A stretch of DNA of 64,000 bases, taken from assembly GCA_963803975.1 (NCBI GenBank), contig CAWDOY010000003.1, forward strand, positions 64,001 through 128,000, read 5' to 3'. Below, in pieces: positions 10,510-20,986 of the stretch (positions within the stretch are counted from its first letter, which is position 1; the number at the start of each line of letters is the position of its first letter). The stretch comes from an uncultured delta proteobacterium (GTDB taxonomy: Bacteria > Desulfobacterota > WTBG01 > CAIYCZ01). The notes under the pieces were generated by a model. It saw only the letters and a list, made by a program, of their open reading frames with translations. It ran no database searches and was not told the DNA's origin. A program made the translations under genes and the position numbers.

Positions 10510-11922
10510 TCAATGGCCCTTTTCCATCAGATAGCGTATGGTAAACAGGTCTTCGCTCAGGTTCGGCATATTAAGCATGATATGATGGTCAAAGATGCTG
10601 GTATGTTTATTAATGATATCCAGTATGAAGGGATTCCAGTAGTTCAGTTCTCCATTTGCCGGATTCCATCGCCAGCACCAGTCCCATAATTTCCACAGCC
10701 GCCCGTTCTGGTCATAAAACATCTCCTGCTGCAGCGCGAAGGTTTCCCTGTCAACATACCAGATACGGGTACCATACAAATACGATGACTCTTTGTAGGT
10801 AATTTTCACTACCCAGACCGGACGGCGCTCCCACCAGTATTGCTGGCACCAGCCACCATATTTTGCCTGGTACTTAATGGGCCGGGGATTGAAAGAAGGG
10901 CACAGCACTATTGCCTTCCCCAGCAGCTGATACTCTGCCGGGTGCGCTGATAGTTTACTCCAGTAGCCTTTCCAGTCCTCCCAGGAGGCATCAGAGCTCA
11001 CCAGCGGATCCTGGGTATTGCTTCCGGAAAGTCTCCGAATCCTGCGCATGGATGGAATATAGGAGATGAAAGAGTCTTCTGCCCCGGAATCTTTAAACCG
11101 GGTCCGCACCGCAGCATATCCTTTTAAATCATAGGGGTAGAGCGCGAGTATGGATCCTTTCTCATAGATTCCCTCAAATCCCGGTATGGTCGGAAAAGGA
11201 TCCAGTTTGATGCGCCCCGCATAGTTCTGCCAGTGAAGTTCGATTTTTTCGACGCGCTCGCGTTTTCCATCCCTGCCGTACAGGCCGATGGACATGGGCA
11301 TGGAATTAAGATTATCTCCCATGACCGTGAGTCTATCATAATTATGAACAATATCGATTGCAGTGGCAGGAAACGGAAACGGAATCCCTGCCACCCATCC
11401 TTCCAGTTCACCCTTTTGATTGGTTCTGCAGGAGGCTGAGTATCTCTTCGTTGCTTCCAGAAAGCCACGGTCATTCCAGGCATGGGTGGTGGGAACTATT
11501 ATCATCTCCAGCGGGCTGAAATTATAATTCGTAAAAGTTCCGGTGCCGGTCAGCCGGTCCACTTCCCAGTCAAAGCCGAAAGGGAAAAGCTCCCGCAGCT
11601 CTTTTTCATATTTCGCAATATTTGCCGGGGTAATGACCAGTCCCGGCTTGATGTGCGGGGCTTTTGTATCTTTTGCCACAAGATCAACGGCATTATATCC
11701 CAGAAAGTCCTCCCACTCTTTACCCAGCCTTATTGCTTCAGGGGTACTGAGTGTCTCAGCCCACTCGATGAAGACCGGGTCTTTTGACGCATTCGCCCAC
11801 GTGCGCCACTGCTGTACCCAGTGCGGATATTGATTTTCAGAATCCTGAGCATCGAGCGGTGCAATAAAACAGAGTGTAATAATGCAGGCAGCTATACAAT
11901 GGTTAAAATATTTATTGATCAC
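10510..11922 (-). CDS. DUF1329 family protein, second paralogue
   Basis: Intact 470-aa ORF with high similarity along its length to 765..2166. Confidence 0.88.
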   Translation of the reverse strand: MINKYFNHCIAACIITLCFIAPLDAQDSENQYPHWVQQWRTWANASKDPVFIEWAETLSTPEAIRLGKEWEDFLGYNAVDLVAKDTKAPHIKPGLVITPANIAKYEKELRELFPFGFDWEVDRLTGTGTFTNYNFSPLEMIIVPTTHAWNDRGFLEATKRYSASCRTNQKGELEGWVAGIPFPFPATAIDIVHNYDRLTVMGDNLNSMPMSIGLYGRDGKRERVEKIELHWQNYAGRIKLDPFPTIPGFEGIYEKGSILALYPYDLKGYAAVRTRFKDSGAEDSFISYIPSMRRIRRLSGSNTQDPLVSSDASWEDWKGYWSKLSAHPAEYQLLGKAIVLCPSFNPRPIKYQAKYGGWCQQYWWERRPVWVVKITYKESSYLYGTRIWYVDRETFALQQEMFYDQNGRLWKLWDWCWRWNPANGELNYWNPFILDIINKHTSIFDHHIMLNMPNLSEDLFTIRYLMEKGH

Positions 11923-12449
11923 CGTTAATCCCCCTGACTGTATGGTACTGTGAGAGCACCATTTACACAGGTCAAAAGATATTTTAGCTACGAGCTGTGG
12001 ACCCCGTCTTTATGTTTATTGTATGTGGGACTGGCCAAACAGGGCAATATATTTATCAAGAGGGGAAGAGTCATCCGGGCGAGACCTGGTGCGCTATGGA
12101 GTAAGAAAAGCTTCCCTCTCTCATTATCTCCCGCAGTCCAAATATATTGGACTGTACTGAACAAGTCAAGTCAAGTTACGGAAAACACCCGCTCCGTTTC
12201 TGCTGTAAAAAAAATTATCAATTATCCTTGTTTCGCCATTAATAAAAAAGAAAATTCGCTGGTCCCTGCAAACAGGAAAGATATAATGTATATTGATAAA
12301 AATACCTATCACCAACGAAATGAAACAATAGAAGTATCCGGGAAAAGCAAATTAATTTTGCTGCTCGTAAGTAATGAGTGACGTTTTTTCCATTGGACAG
12401 GGATTAGCAATCATGTTAAAGATTTTGCAGAAAAAACGAATCCCTAACG

Positions 12450-13325
12450 TTGATTCACTCCTCTCTGCCCATGAAGACTATCGGTATTATTGCTAAAAAA
12501 GGCCGCTCTGAAGCCAGGGAACTGACAAAACAGATATGTTCCTGGTGCGCGGAACGGGGCCTGTCCGTCTATATTGAGAAAGACTTAAACATTATAACAA
12601 ACCAGGCGCAGCGGGTAGATCCTCTCGACCTCATTCTATCTGTAGAAGCAGTTGTGGTGCTGGGGGGTGACGGGACACTGCTGAGCGTTGCGCGCATCCC
12701 GGGGAGCGAAAAAGTTCTCATCGTCCCCGTCAACCTTGGCGGACTCGGGTTTTTAACTGAAATCCGGGCGGATGAGATATTTAACCTGCTGGAACTGATT
12801 ATTTCCGGCAGGTATACCATTGACAGCAGGATGCTTTTAGAGGTGGTGCTGATCAGAAACGGGACGCCGCATGAAACGTACCGGATCTTAAATGATGTGG
12901 TGATAAACAAGGGCGCGATGGCCCGCATTATTGATCTCGAGACCACTGTTAACGCGCAATATCTTAACACCTTCAAAGCAGATGGGCTGATAATCTGCAC
13001 CCCGACCGGATCAACCGCCTATTCACTGTCAGCAGGGGGCCCGATCATTTATCCGTCGTTGCGCTGTATTTCCATTACACCCATCTGTCCGCATACGCTG
13101 ACCAACCGGCCGATCATACTGCCTGACGACAGTGTTATTCAGATCCGTTTGCAGTCAGAGCATGAAGATGTGTTTCTCACCATGGACGGCCAGATCGGCA
13201 TCCGGCTGCAGAAGGATGACTGTGTGGAAGTGCGCAAATCAGGCAGCGCGATGGCTCTGGTTAAATCGCCGTTCTGCGATTATTTTGAAGTGCTCAAAGA
13301 AAAACTGCGCTGGGGGGAGCGATAA
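12450..13325 (+). CDS. nadK: NAD(+) kinase
   Basis: GGDGT, NLGGLGFL, 'LND', DGLII.TPTGSTAYSLSAGGP motifs; lies upstream of recN. Confidence 0.97.
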   Translation: MIHSSLPMKTIGIIAKKGRSEARELTKQICSWCAERGLSVYIEKDLNIITNQAQRVDPLDLILSVEAVVVLGGDGTLLSVARIPGSEKVLIVPVNLGGLGFLTEIRADEIFNLLELIISGRYTIDSRMLLEVVLIRNGTPHETYRILNDVVINKGAMARIIDLETTVNAQYLNTFKADGLIICTPTGSTAYSLSAGGPIIYPSLRCISITPICPHTLTNRPIILPDDSVIQIRLQSEHEDVFLTMDGQIGIRLQKDDCVEVRKSGSAMALVKSPFCDYFEVLKEKLRWGER

Positions 13326-13334
13326 GAAACCAAC

Positions 13335-15110
13335 ATGTTGCGGGACCTGTTCATAAAGGACTTTGCAATCATTGATTCTCTCCATCTTTCTTTCCCGGAA
13401 GGGCTTAACGTCCTCTCAGGAGAAACAGGGGCGGGCAAATCAATAATCGTCGGCGCGCTGAACCTGCTGCTCGGAGGCCGGGCATCAGCTGACCTCATCC
13501 GCACGGCACAAGACGAAGCGGTGGTCGAAGCTGTGTTTGATCTTGAAGCATGTCCTGAGACCCGGCAGTGTCTTGAGTCGTGGGGCATTGACAGCGTTCA
13601 GGACCAGCTCGTCATCCGGCGCATTATCTCACGCTCAGGAAAAAATAAAATACTCATCGGCGACCGCCTCGCTACCATGCAGATGCTCTCACAGCTCGGC
13701 GGATCGCTGATTGATATATCGGGGCAATACTCCCAGCAGCTCCTCCTGCAGACTGAAAACCATCTGGACATTCTTGATACCTACGGCAGCCTGCTGCCGC
13801 TGCGCAGCACCTACCAGGAACGTTTTAACCTTTTTAATGATACGCACCGGGAACTGACCGGGCTCAAAGAGCTGGAGAAGAATAAAGCGCAGCGCCGCGA
13901 GCTGCTCTTGTTTCAATATGACGAGCTTGACAAAGCACAGCTGCTGCCGGGGGAGGAAGAAGAATTACTGAAAGAGCGGCAGATCCTTGCCCACGCAGAA
14001 AAACTGTATGAAAAGACCTATGGTGTCTATGCAGCGCTGTATGAGGCGGATGTTTCTCTGCTGGGTCATCTTAAAAAAGCTTTAGGCTCAGTTGAAGAAG
14101 CTGCGGCTATTGATGCTGCACTGAGCCCGCAAAAGGAAAACCTCAACTCTTTGATCATCAATCTGGAGGATGTAGCGCTTTCTCTTCGCAGCTATGCGGA
14201 AAAGATACCTCTGGACAGCGGCAGGCGTGAATGGGTTGAGAACCGGCTGAGTGACCTGCAGCGGCTAAAAAAGAAATACGGGAAGCCCGCGGCTGAACTG
14301 ATATCCTATCAGCAGGAAATTCAGCAGGAACTGAATGCGCTCCAGGGAAGCTCGCAACGGATAGACACTATAACAGAAGAGCTGAAAAGAGAAGCTCAGC
14401 TACTGTGGAAGCTGGCTGAAGAGATTTCACTCAAGCGGCAGCAGGCTGCTCAGAAGCTGAAGAAGTTCATCGAGCAGGAGCTTGCAACCATCGGCATGAA
14501 AAAGACCGGGTTTTTTACCATGGTGCAGAAGGTTGAACGCCCTGCATCTGAAGATGCTTCCTGCGGCCTCGGGGGACTTCATGCCCGGGGCATGGATACG
14601 GCAGAGTTCTATATTGCTCCCAATGTGGGAGAAGAGCCGCGGCCGCTGTCGAAAATTGCCTCCGGGGGGGAACTCTCGCGCATCGTGCTGGCCATAAAAA
14701 AAATACTGGCCGGGCATTACCGGGTAGGCACGCTCCTTTTTGATGAAGTTGATGCAGGGATAGGCGGCGCTGTAGCTGAGTCTGTCGGGGAAAAGCTGAA
14801 AGAAATTTCCCGCACCCATCAGGTGCTCTGTATTACCCATCTGCCCCAGATCGCCTGCTTCGGTATGGCCCACTTCAGTGTGCGTAAATGCATACAGGAC
14901 GGCAGGACCGTGACCTCGGTGCAACTGCTTGATGACGATGAGCGTCTTGATGAGATCACCAGGATGCTTGGCGGGAAAAATATCACCGAGAAGACCAGGG
15001 CGCATGCACAGGAAATGCTGAAGGGAGCGGCAGGTAGAAAGGCAATAGGCACAAAGGCACCCGCCTTCGCTGGCGCTTCTGCGCGGCACAGAGGCACAAA
15101 GAAAAGTTAA
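13335..15110 (+). CDS. recN: DNA repair protein RecN
   Basis: GETGAGKS Walker A, ASGGELSR signature, FDEVDAGIGG and ITHLPQIA. Confidence 0.98.
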   Translation: MLRDLFIKDFAIIDSLHLSFPEGLNVLSGETGAGKSIIVGALNLLLGGRASADLIRTAQDEAVVEAVFDLEACPETRQCLESWGIDSVQDQLVIRRIISRSGKNKILIGDRLATMQMLSQLGGSLIDISGQYSQQLLLQTENHLDILDTYGSLLPLRSTYQERFNLFNDTHRELTGLKELEKNKAQRRELLLFQYDELDKAQLLPGEEEELLKERQILAHAEKLYEKTYGVYAALYEADVSLLGHLKKALGSVEEAAAIDAALSPQKENLNSLIINLEDVALSLRSYAEKIPLDSGRREWVENRLSDLQRLKKKYGKPAAELISYQQEIQQELNALQGSSQRIDTITEELKREAQLLWKLAEEISLKRQQAAQKLKKFIEQELATIGMKKTGFFTMVQKVERPASEDASCGLGGLHARGMDTAEFYIAPNVGEEPRPLSKIASGGELSRIVLAIKKILAGHYRVGTLLFDEVDAGIGGAVAESVGEKLKEISRTHQVLCITHLPQIACFGMAHFSVRKCIQDGRTVTSVQLLDDDERLDEITRMLGGKNITEKTRAHAQEMLKGAAGRKAIGTKAPAFAGASARHRGTKKS

Positions 15111-15320
15111 AGGTGAAGAGGTGAAGTGAGGTGAATGGGTGAAGAGGCCCCTCGACCGTTCGGCAGGCTCACGGCAGGCAGGCTCGGGGCAGGTAAAGAG
15201 GTAAAAAGGTGAAAAGGTCAAAGGGTTAAAAAATGAAGAGGTAAAGAGGATTAACCTATTGGCCTTTTAACCTATTATACTATTCACTATCCACTGTTCA
15301 CTATTCACTGATTTAGAGTG
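15040..15320. repeat. Mosaic of degenerate 7-8-nt tandem repeats with embedded REP-like hairpins
   Basis: Blocks such as aggcacaa, ggtgaaga/ggtaaaaa and tattcac; nested palindrome cccctcgac[cgttcggcaggctcacggc]...aggctcggggc at about 15148-15190. Confidence 0.7.
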
Positions 15321-15338
15321 AATGAGGAAATAGATTAA

Positions 15339-15854
15339 ATGAAAAACGTGAAACGTGAAAAGAGAAAATCAGGCGGGCTGACCATACGGAAGGCGCGCAT
15401 TGGCGATATAAAAAATATACATACAATACTTTCAGCCTACGCAACAGAGGGAACGGTGCTGCCGCGGTCCTTGAGCGAGCTGTACGACCAGCTGCGGGAT
15501 TTATTTGTTTCCATAGACCCTGCAGACGGAGCTATTGCCGGTACCTGTGCCATGCATATCTGCTGGGACCGGATCGCCGAGATTCGCTCGCTTGCGGTAG
15601 TGGCTGACTGCCAGCGCGTTGGAATCGGCACCGAACTGGTGAATGCCTGCATTCAGGAAGCCCGGCAGCTGGAGGTGGAGCAGATATTTGTGCTGACCTA
15701 TGCTGCGAAATTTTTTAAGAAATTCGGGTTCAAGAAGGTTGATAAGGCGGTGCTTCCGCATAAAGTGTGGTCTGATTGCATGAAGTGCGTTAAATTTCCG
15801 GACTGTGACGAAGAAGCATTGCTTCTGGATCTCACCAGGAATAAACAGACGTAA
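15339..15854 (+). CDS. GNAT N-acetyltransferase (short ArgA-like amino-acid N-acetyltransferase)
   Basis: 'LPRSLSELY..LRD', 'AEIRSLAV', 'FVLTY..FF..GF', 'LPHKVWSDC.KC.KFP.CDE'. Confidence 0.85.
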   Translation: MKNVKREKRKSGGLTIRKARIGDIKNIHTILSAYATEGTVLPRSLSELYDQLRDLFVSIDPADGAIAGTCAMHICWDRIAEIRSLAVVADCQRVGIGTELVNACIQEARQLEVEQIFVLTYAAKFFKKFGFKKVDKAVLPHKVWSDCMKCVKFPDCDEEALLLDLTRNKQT

Positions 15855-15875
15855 AAAAAGTAACCAGCCTCCTGG

Positions 15876-17255
15876 TTACTTCCCGATACAGAAGCTCGCG
15901 AAAATTCTCTCCAGGATATCATCTGCCGTTGTCTCGCCGGTTATCTCTCCCAGCGCCTGCAGGGCTGCATGCAAATCAATTGCAATAAGCTCGGGTGCGA
16001 TGCTTTCGTGGACTGCCTGCTGCGCAGACGTTACAGCAGCTGTGGTTCTCACCAGGGCATCCTGCTGCCGGGCATTGGTAATGATACTGTCAGCTGCACT
16101 GCTGTGGGGAAACGAAAGCACCGTCTGATAAATAATATCCTGCAATTGGTCAATACCGCTGCCGCAGCGGGCTGATATTGACACCGCGGTACAGGGTAGA
16201 AGCTTTTGAACATGCTCCGTACTGACTGCCGGAGCAAGATCTTCCTTATTGAGTACTGCGATGACCTGCCGGTTGCTTAGTTCGTTTATGATTGCCTGGT
16301 CACGCTCATCAAGCTGCCGGCTAGCGTCAATAATAAACAGGACCAGTTCAGCCTCTGAGAGCCGGGCCCGGGTCAGTGCCATGCCCAGCTTTTCGATTTC
16401 ATCATTTCCTGCATGCAGACCTGCGGTATCCTGAAGGACGAGCGGAATGCCCCGGACGCTGATGGTTTCCTGGATAAAGTCGCGGGTAGTGCCCGGGACC
16501 GGGGTTACCAGCGCGCGGACCTCTCCCAGGAGTGCGTTGAGGAGGCTTGATTTTCCCACGTTCGGTTTTCCAACAATGATGGTCTTCACGCCCAGGCGAT
16601 ACAGCTTTCCTTCGTTATAGGTTGCGCTGAGCGAATTCAGCTCCTCCCGTATGCCGGCAAGCTTGTGTTCAGTCTCCCGGGCACCATGAAGGTCAATATC
16701 CTCCTCGGGGAAATCGATCGATGCTTCCAGATGTGAGGTAATATCTATCAATGCATCCCGCAGCGCGTGGAGTTTAGCTGAAAGACCGCCCTGAAGCTGC
16801 GATGAAGCAATTTTAAGGCTTGCCTCGGTTTTTGCTTCAATAATGTCGATGACAGCTTCTGCCTGGGCCAGATCTATGCGGCCGTTTAAGAATGCCCGCT
16901 TGGTAAATTCCCCCGGCTCAGCAGGGCGCGCGCCACTCTGTATGACCAGCTCGAGAATCTTGCGCAGCACCGTCAAGCCGCTGTGGCAGTTTATCTCGAC
17001 AACATCTTCGCGGGTATAGGAACGGGGTGCCAGCATGCAGGTTAAGAGCACCTCATCGATCGAGGTGCCGTCCTGCGGGTCAACAATGGTGCCGTAATAA
17101 AGGCGGTGTGATTGAGGGGCACGGGGATCAAACGCAGCAGAACGGAACAGGGCGGAAGCGACCTTTACGGCATCAGGGCCGCTGATCCTGATGATGCCAA
17201 TGCCACCCGCACCGATTGGGGTGGCTATGGCAGCGATGGTGTCTTCAAGGTACAT
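15876..17255 (-). CDS. mnmE: tRNA modification GTPase MnmE
   Basis: DTIAAIAT, GEFTKRAFLNGRIDL, GKPNVGKS, GTTRD, DTAG and C-terminal FCIGK. Confidence 0.98.
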   Translation of the reverse strand: MYLEDTIAAIATPIGAGGIGIIRISGPDAVKVASALFRSAAFDPRAPQSHRLYYGTIVDPQDGTSIDEVLLTCMLAPRSYTREDVVEINCHSGLTVLRKILELVIQSGARPAEPGEFTKRAFLNGRIDLAQAEAVIDIIEAKTEASLKIASSQLQGGLSAKLHALRDALIDITSHLEASIDFPEEDIDLHGARETEHKLAGIREELNSLSATYNEGKLYRLGVKTIIVGKPNVGKSSLLNALLGEVRALVTPVPGTTRDFIQETISVRGIPLVLQDTAGLHAGNDEIEKLGMALTRARLSEAELVLFIIDASRQLDERDQAIINELSNRQVIAVLNKEDLAPAVSTEHVQKLLPCTAVSISARCGSGIDQLQDIIYQTVLSFPHSSAADSIITNARQQDALVRTTAAVTSAQQAVHESIAPELIAIDLHAALQALGEITGETTADDILERIFASFCIGK

Positions 17256-17314
17256 AAATATGGTTTATGTTTTACAAGAATGAATAGAGCACACAACACG
17301 GGTGAAGCCAATGG

Positions 17315-17400
17315 CGTAAAGGGTTCAATAGGTTAAAAGGGGTCAAGGGTTCAAGTAAATCTGATTAACCTTTGTGCCTGTTGCCTCTTGCCTATTGCCT
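17315..17400. repeat. Degenerate short tandem repeats (aagggttc / tgcctnt blocks)
   Basis: gggttcaataggttaaaaggggtcaagggttcaag ... tgtgcctgttgcctcttgcctattgcct between jag and mnmE. Confidence 0.6.
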
Positions 17401-17402
17401 TT

Positions 17403-18101
17403 TTACATTTTCACCGATTTCGCTTCCTGCCGCGGGGCAATGATGACTTTTTTCAGCAAACCCTCACCCTTGCTCCAGGTGGTAAGCTCTGTATCTTTTT
17501 GGAGGGTGAGGTGGATGATGCGACGCTCGGCAGGGTTCAGCAGGTTGGTGGTCACCGGGCCGCCTCTTTTTTTTGCCTTATCGCCGAGCTTCACGGCCAG
17601 GTTGGCCAGAGACTCATCGTGCCGTGCGCGGTATGCTTCAGAATCAACCGTAACCGGGACAGCATCAGCGCCATAGCGCACCTTGATTTTATTAATCAGG
17701 TACTGCAGGGCATCCAGCGTCTGTCCCTGGCGGCCGATAAAGATGCCGCTGCCATCCCCGATGATGTTCAATACGATCCCCTCATCACCATCGTGCGCAG
17801 CAACGGAAGCGTCGGGGTTTATATATCTGACAATTGTTTCCAGTACTTCCTGCAGCTTGCCTTCAGCATCAGCATTGCTTGCACTTGCACCGGCAGCGGA
17901 TGGTACTGATCTTGCTGCCGGCTTTGCCGGTATACGCGTAGCACGTATGCGTGCTTTTCTGCCTGACATGAAGGCAAAGATTTTATTCGGTGCTTCCTGC
18001 AGTACTTCAATGGTAAGATTTTCGTGCTTGGTTTTCAGCTCTTCGCAGGCAATGGTTATTGCTTCTGCAATGCTTTTGGCTTCGATTTCGATTGAGTCCA
18101 T
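17403..18101 (-). CDS. jag: Jag/EloR (KhpB) RNA-binding protein
   Basis: Jag_N, KH ('IGRQGQTLDALQYL') and R3H ('ERRIIH') domains; conserved yidC-jag-mnmE order. Confidence 0.95.
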   Translation of the reverse strand: MDSIEIEAKSIAEAITIACEELKTKHENLTIEVLQEAPNKIFAFMSGRKARIRATRIPAKPAARSVPSAAGASASNADAEGKLQEVLETIVRYINPDASVAAHDGDEGIVLNIIGDGSGIFIGRQGQTLDALQYLINKIKVRYGADAVPVTVDSEAYRARHDESLANLAVKLGDKAKKRGGPVTTNLLNPAERRIIHLTLQKDTELTTWSKGEGLLKKVIIAPRQEAKSVKM

Positions 18102-19889
18102 TCGCCACCTCCTGAGTCGTGGGATTTTTTGTTTATATAGAGTTGCTGGGCAATAGACAGCACATTGTTGACGAGCCAGTACAGGACAAGTCCTGAGGGG
18201 AAGGAGAGAAACATAAAGGTGAAAATGACCGGCATCATGAGCATCATTTTTGCCTGGGCCGGGTCAGCGCTCGACGGCGTCATCTTCTGCTGGTAAAACA
18301 TGGATGCTCCCATGAGAATCGGTGAGATATAGGTCGGGTCAAGGGCTGAGAGGTCGTTGATCCAGAAGGAAATGAAGTTGGCATGCCGGAGCTCTATCGA
18401 GTTCTGCAGCACGTTGTAGAGCGCGATAAAAACAGGAATCTGCAGCAGGATCGGCAGGCACCCGCCGAGGGGATTGACATTGTATTTTTTATACAGCCCC
18501 ATTACCTCCCGGTTGAGCTCCTCCTTTTTGTCTTTATACTTTTCCTTGAGCTTTGCCATCTCCGGCTGCAGCTTCTGCATATCCTTCATCGACTGGTAGC
18601 TCTTATGGGTGAGCGGCCAGAAGAGGATTTTAATAATAACAGTGATGAGGATGATGGCAATTCCGTAGTTTCCGCAGAAGCGGTAGAAAAAGTCCAGGGC
18701 AATGAGCAGCGGCTTGGCAACAATGTCGAACCAGCCGAAATCAATGCACTTCTCAAGCTTCGAGCCCTGTTTGCTCAGGATACTGATTTCCTTTGGCCCC
18801 AGATACAGGGCGCAGGTGTAGGTCTTTGACTCACCCGGCTTCAGGGAGATGTTGGAAAACAGGAGCTGGTAGGCGAGGGCGTTCTCACTGGGCCTGCCCA
18901 CGTGCACCTGGTGCGGCAGCTCCTTCTGCGGCAGGATGGCGGAGATAAAATATTTATCTTCAAAGGAGGTCCAGAGGATTTCTCCCTCCAGGGTTTTGTC
19001 TGCCGTGATGTCCTTGAATTCTGTCTTCTCCACCTTGCCGTTGATGAAATAGGTGAACTTGGCAGGCGTGTCAGCTTCAGACGGCTGGCCGCTGAAAAAT
19101 CCGCCGCTGCTTTTACCGGCATGCGCGAGATAGGAATGGGTCCATTCAACAATGGCATTGCCGCTGATCAAGGCGCCGGTGGTGTTGGTGATTTTGATAT
19201 CAGCATCGATCCGGTAGTCATCCTCGCGGAACGCAAATGTTTTCTGAAACGAAAGACCGGAGCCGGGCCCAATGCTCTTGCCGGATAATGTTATTGTTCC
19301 CTGCGCCTTAGGAGTCTCAAGCGTGAGCGCTTCACGGTCAGATGTATACATAACCGCTTCAGCCTTTTCCCCTGAGGACCCGAGAAACGCGACGCGCAGC
19401 GGCAGGCGCTGACTTTCTGCCTGCGGAAGAAGCTCCATCCCCTGGGGTTTGCTCTCTGCAGCCGCAGGGGCCCCGTGACGAGATAAATTTTTTGACCCAT
19501 TTCATCACCGCAGGGGTTTCCACCCGGTTAAGATAGCGGTGGAGCCTGAAGCTTTTAAGCCCGGCCTCAAAATCTGAAAAAACCGCGGTAAACAGCGCGG
19601 TGGTCACGCTGATTTCTTTGGCAGTTTCCGCCCGGGGAGCGGGCTGCTGCGGCTGCTTTTCGCTGAGCGCCGCAAGGCTGGCGGGTTTCTGTGATTCTGC
19701 AGGGGAGGTTGTTGTCAATGCGGCCTGTCTGTTTTCCTCCTTGAGCTGTTCCTGCTTAACCGCCGGTCCTTTAGCTTTCACTTTAGACGGTGGCGGTGCA
19801 AAGAGATATTGATAGCTGATAAGTACAATAAAACTGAGCACCAGGGCCAGAATGAGTCGTTTTTCATTGTCCATTAAATTATTCTCCAA
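18056..19889 (-). CDS. yidC: Membrane protein insertase YidC (frameshift near 19470)
   Basis: N-terminal 'EKRLILALVLS' TM in ORF 19359..19889; 'YLGPK','DFGWF','NPLGGCLP','WI.DLS','FPSGLVLYW' in ORF 18056..19438. Confidence 0.95.
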
Positions 19890-19926
19890 AGAGACGATAT
19901 GTTCTTTACCAGTAATTAGCTTTTAG

Positions 19927-20078
19927 CAGGCTGTTGAAAAACACCCATCTGCTTCGTTGCGCTCATCCTTCGTCATTGCGACGTACGGTACAGTACGCCT
20001 CATTCTTCTTGATTTCGCGCGCCTTCCATCTGGATGTTTTTAACCAGCCTGGGGAAAAACCACTTTTTAAACAACCTG
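19927..20078. mobile_element. 152-bp MITE with 15-bp imperfect TIRs and TTAG target duplication
   Basis: TTAG(19923-26)|CAGGCTGTTGAAAAA ... TTTTTAAACAACCTG|TTAG(20079-82); an internal second right-end copy tttttaaccagcctg at 20037-20051; no transposase. Confidence 0.75.
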
Positions 20079-20312
20079 TTAGATGGGGTCATAGCCCCCG
20101 GGATGAAACGGGTGGCACTTCAGCACCCTGCAACCAACCAGCCGGGTTGCTTTCAACAAACCATATTTTTCAAAGGCTTGGATTGCATAGGCGGAACACG
20201 AAGGCGTAAAGCGGCAGTGTGATCCGAGGACGGGCGATATCAGACGCTTATATAATCTCAGGATAGAGATTATAACCGTTTTTATAATATCATTAAAGCC
20301 GTAAAAACTCAA
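20079..20312 (-). CDS. yidD: Membrane protein insertion efficiency factor YidD
   Basis: '[34 protein letters not shown]'. Confidence 0.95.
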   Translation of the reverse strand: MSFYGFNDIIKTVIISILRLYKRLISPVLGSHCRFTPSCSAYAIQAFEKYGLLKATRLVGCRVLKCHPFHPGGYDPI

Positions 20313-20359
20313 TTCAGCACCATGGTGAAGCTGTCACGGATTGCGGGTGAAGAAGGCAT

Positions 20360-20696
20360 TCAGGGTTCAAAGATACTATTCAGCTCCGCGCACAGGGTGT
20401 GGTACTTCAGCTCAGGGGATCCGGGTTTTGCAATAATGAGGATATCTGAAGACGCAGGAAGTGTTGGTTTATGGAGCCTGAAGTACTCGCGTAAAAGACG
20501 CTTCACATAGTTTCGTGCAACCGCATTGCCTATTGCTTTGCTTACCGTTACGCCCAGACGTTTCCATCCCAAATTATTTGGGCAGGTGAAAACAAGGAAA
20601 TGCTCGAGTGTCTGTTTTCTCCCCTCTCTGATAAATTGTTTTAAATTCAGAATGCTTGAGGATGCGCTCTTTTTTTGTAAAGGAGCAATCAGTCAT
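20360..20696 (-). CDS. rnpA: Ribonuclease P protein component (frameshift in a G-run near 20622)
   Basis: MTDCSFTKKERILKHSEF... joins 'RLGVTVSKAIGNAVARNYVKRLLRE'. Confidence 0.93.
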
Positions 20697-20737
20697 GAAT
20701 ATGCGTAAGGGGTTTTATGGAGACGCAGCCGCTATTC

Positions 20738-20872
20738 TTACGCAGACAGCTTCTTCCGCCCCTTGTTTCTCCTCCGCTTCAAGACATTCTGTCCGGCTTT
20801 GGTACTCATGCGCTCAAGGAAGCCGTGAGTTCTTTTCCTTTTTAAGTTGCTTGGCTGGAATGTCCGTTTCAA
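20738..20872 (-). CDS. rpmH: 50S ribosomal protein L34 (missing from the ORF track; TTG start)
   Basis: Hand translation: [44 protein letters not shown]. Confidence 0.97.
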   Translation of the reverse strand: MKRTFQPSNLKRKRTHGFLERMSTKAGQNVLKRRRNKGRKKLSA

Positions 20873-20986
20873 TGCACTATCTCCATTTCAATATTTAAAG
20901 GTTAATATAATTCTAAACCAGTATTACCGGTCTTTGTGAATGTAATCATATTAAAAACCATATTTAACTGTTTTTGTCAATGTTTT

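Noticed and set aside
11950..12381. 143-aa ORF or ncRNA between DUF1329 and nadK
   Set aside because: No motifs, atypical composition and no recognisable RNA family; probably divergent promoter DNA.
14427..15221. Long antisense ORFs (e.g. 14427..15221, 30637..31383, 56110..56673, 23008..23526)
   Set aside because: They are shadows of well-supported genes on the opposite strand and have no recognisable motifs.
19934..20222. ORFs 19934..20209 and 20034..20222
   Set aside because: They are translations of the MITE and the antisense strand of yidD.
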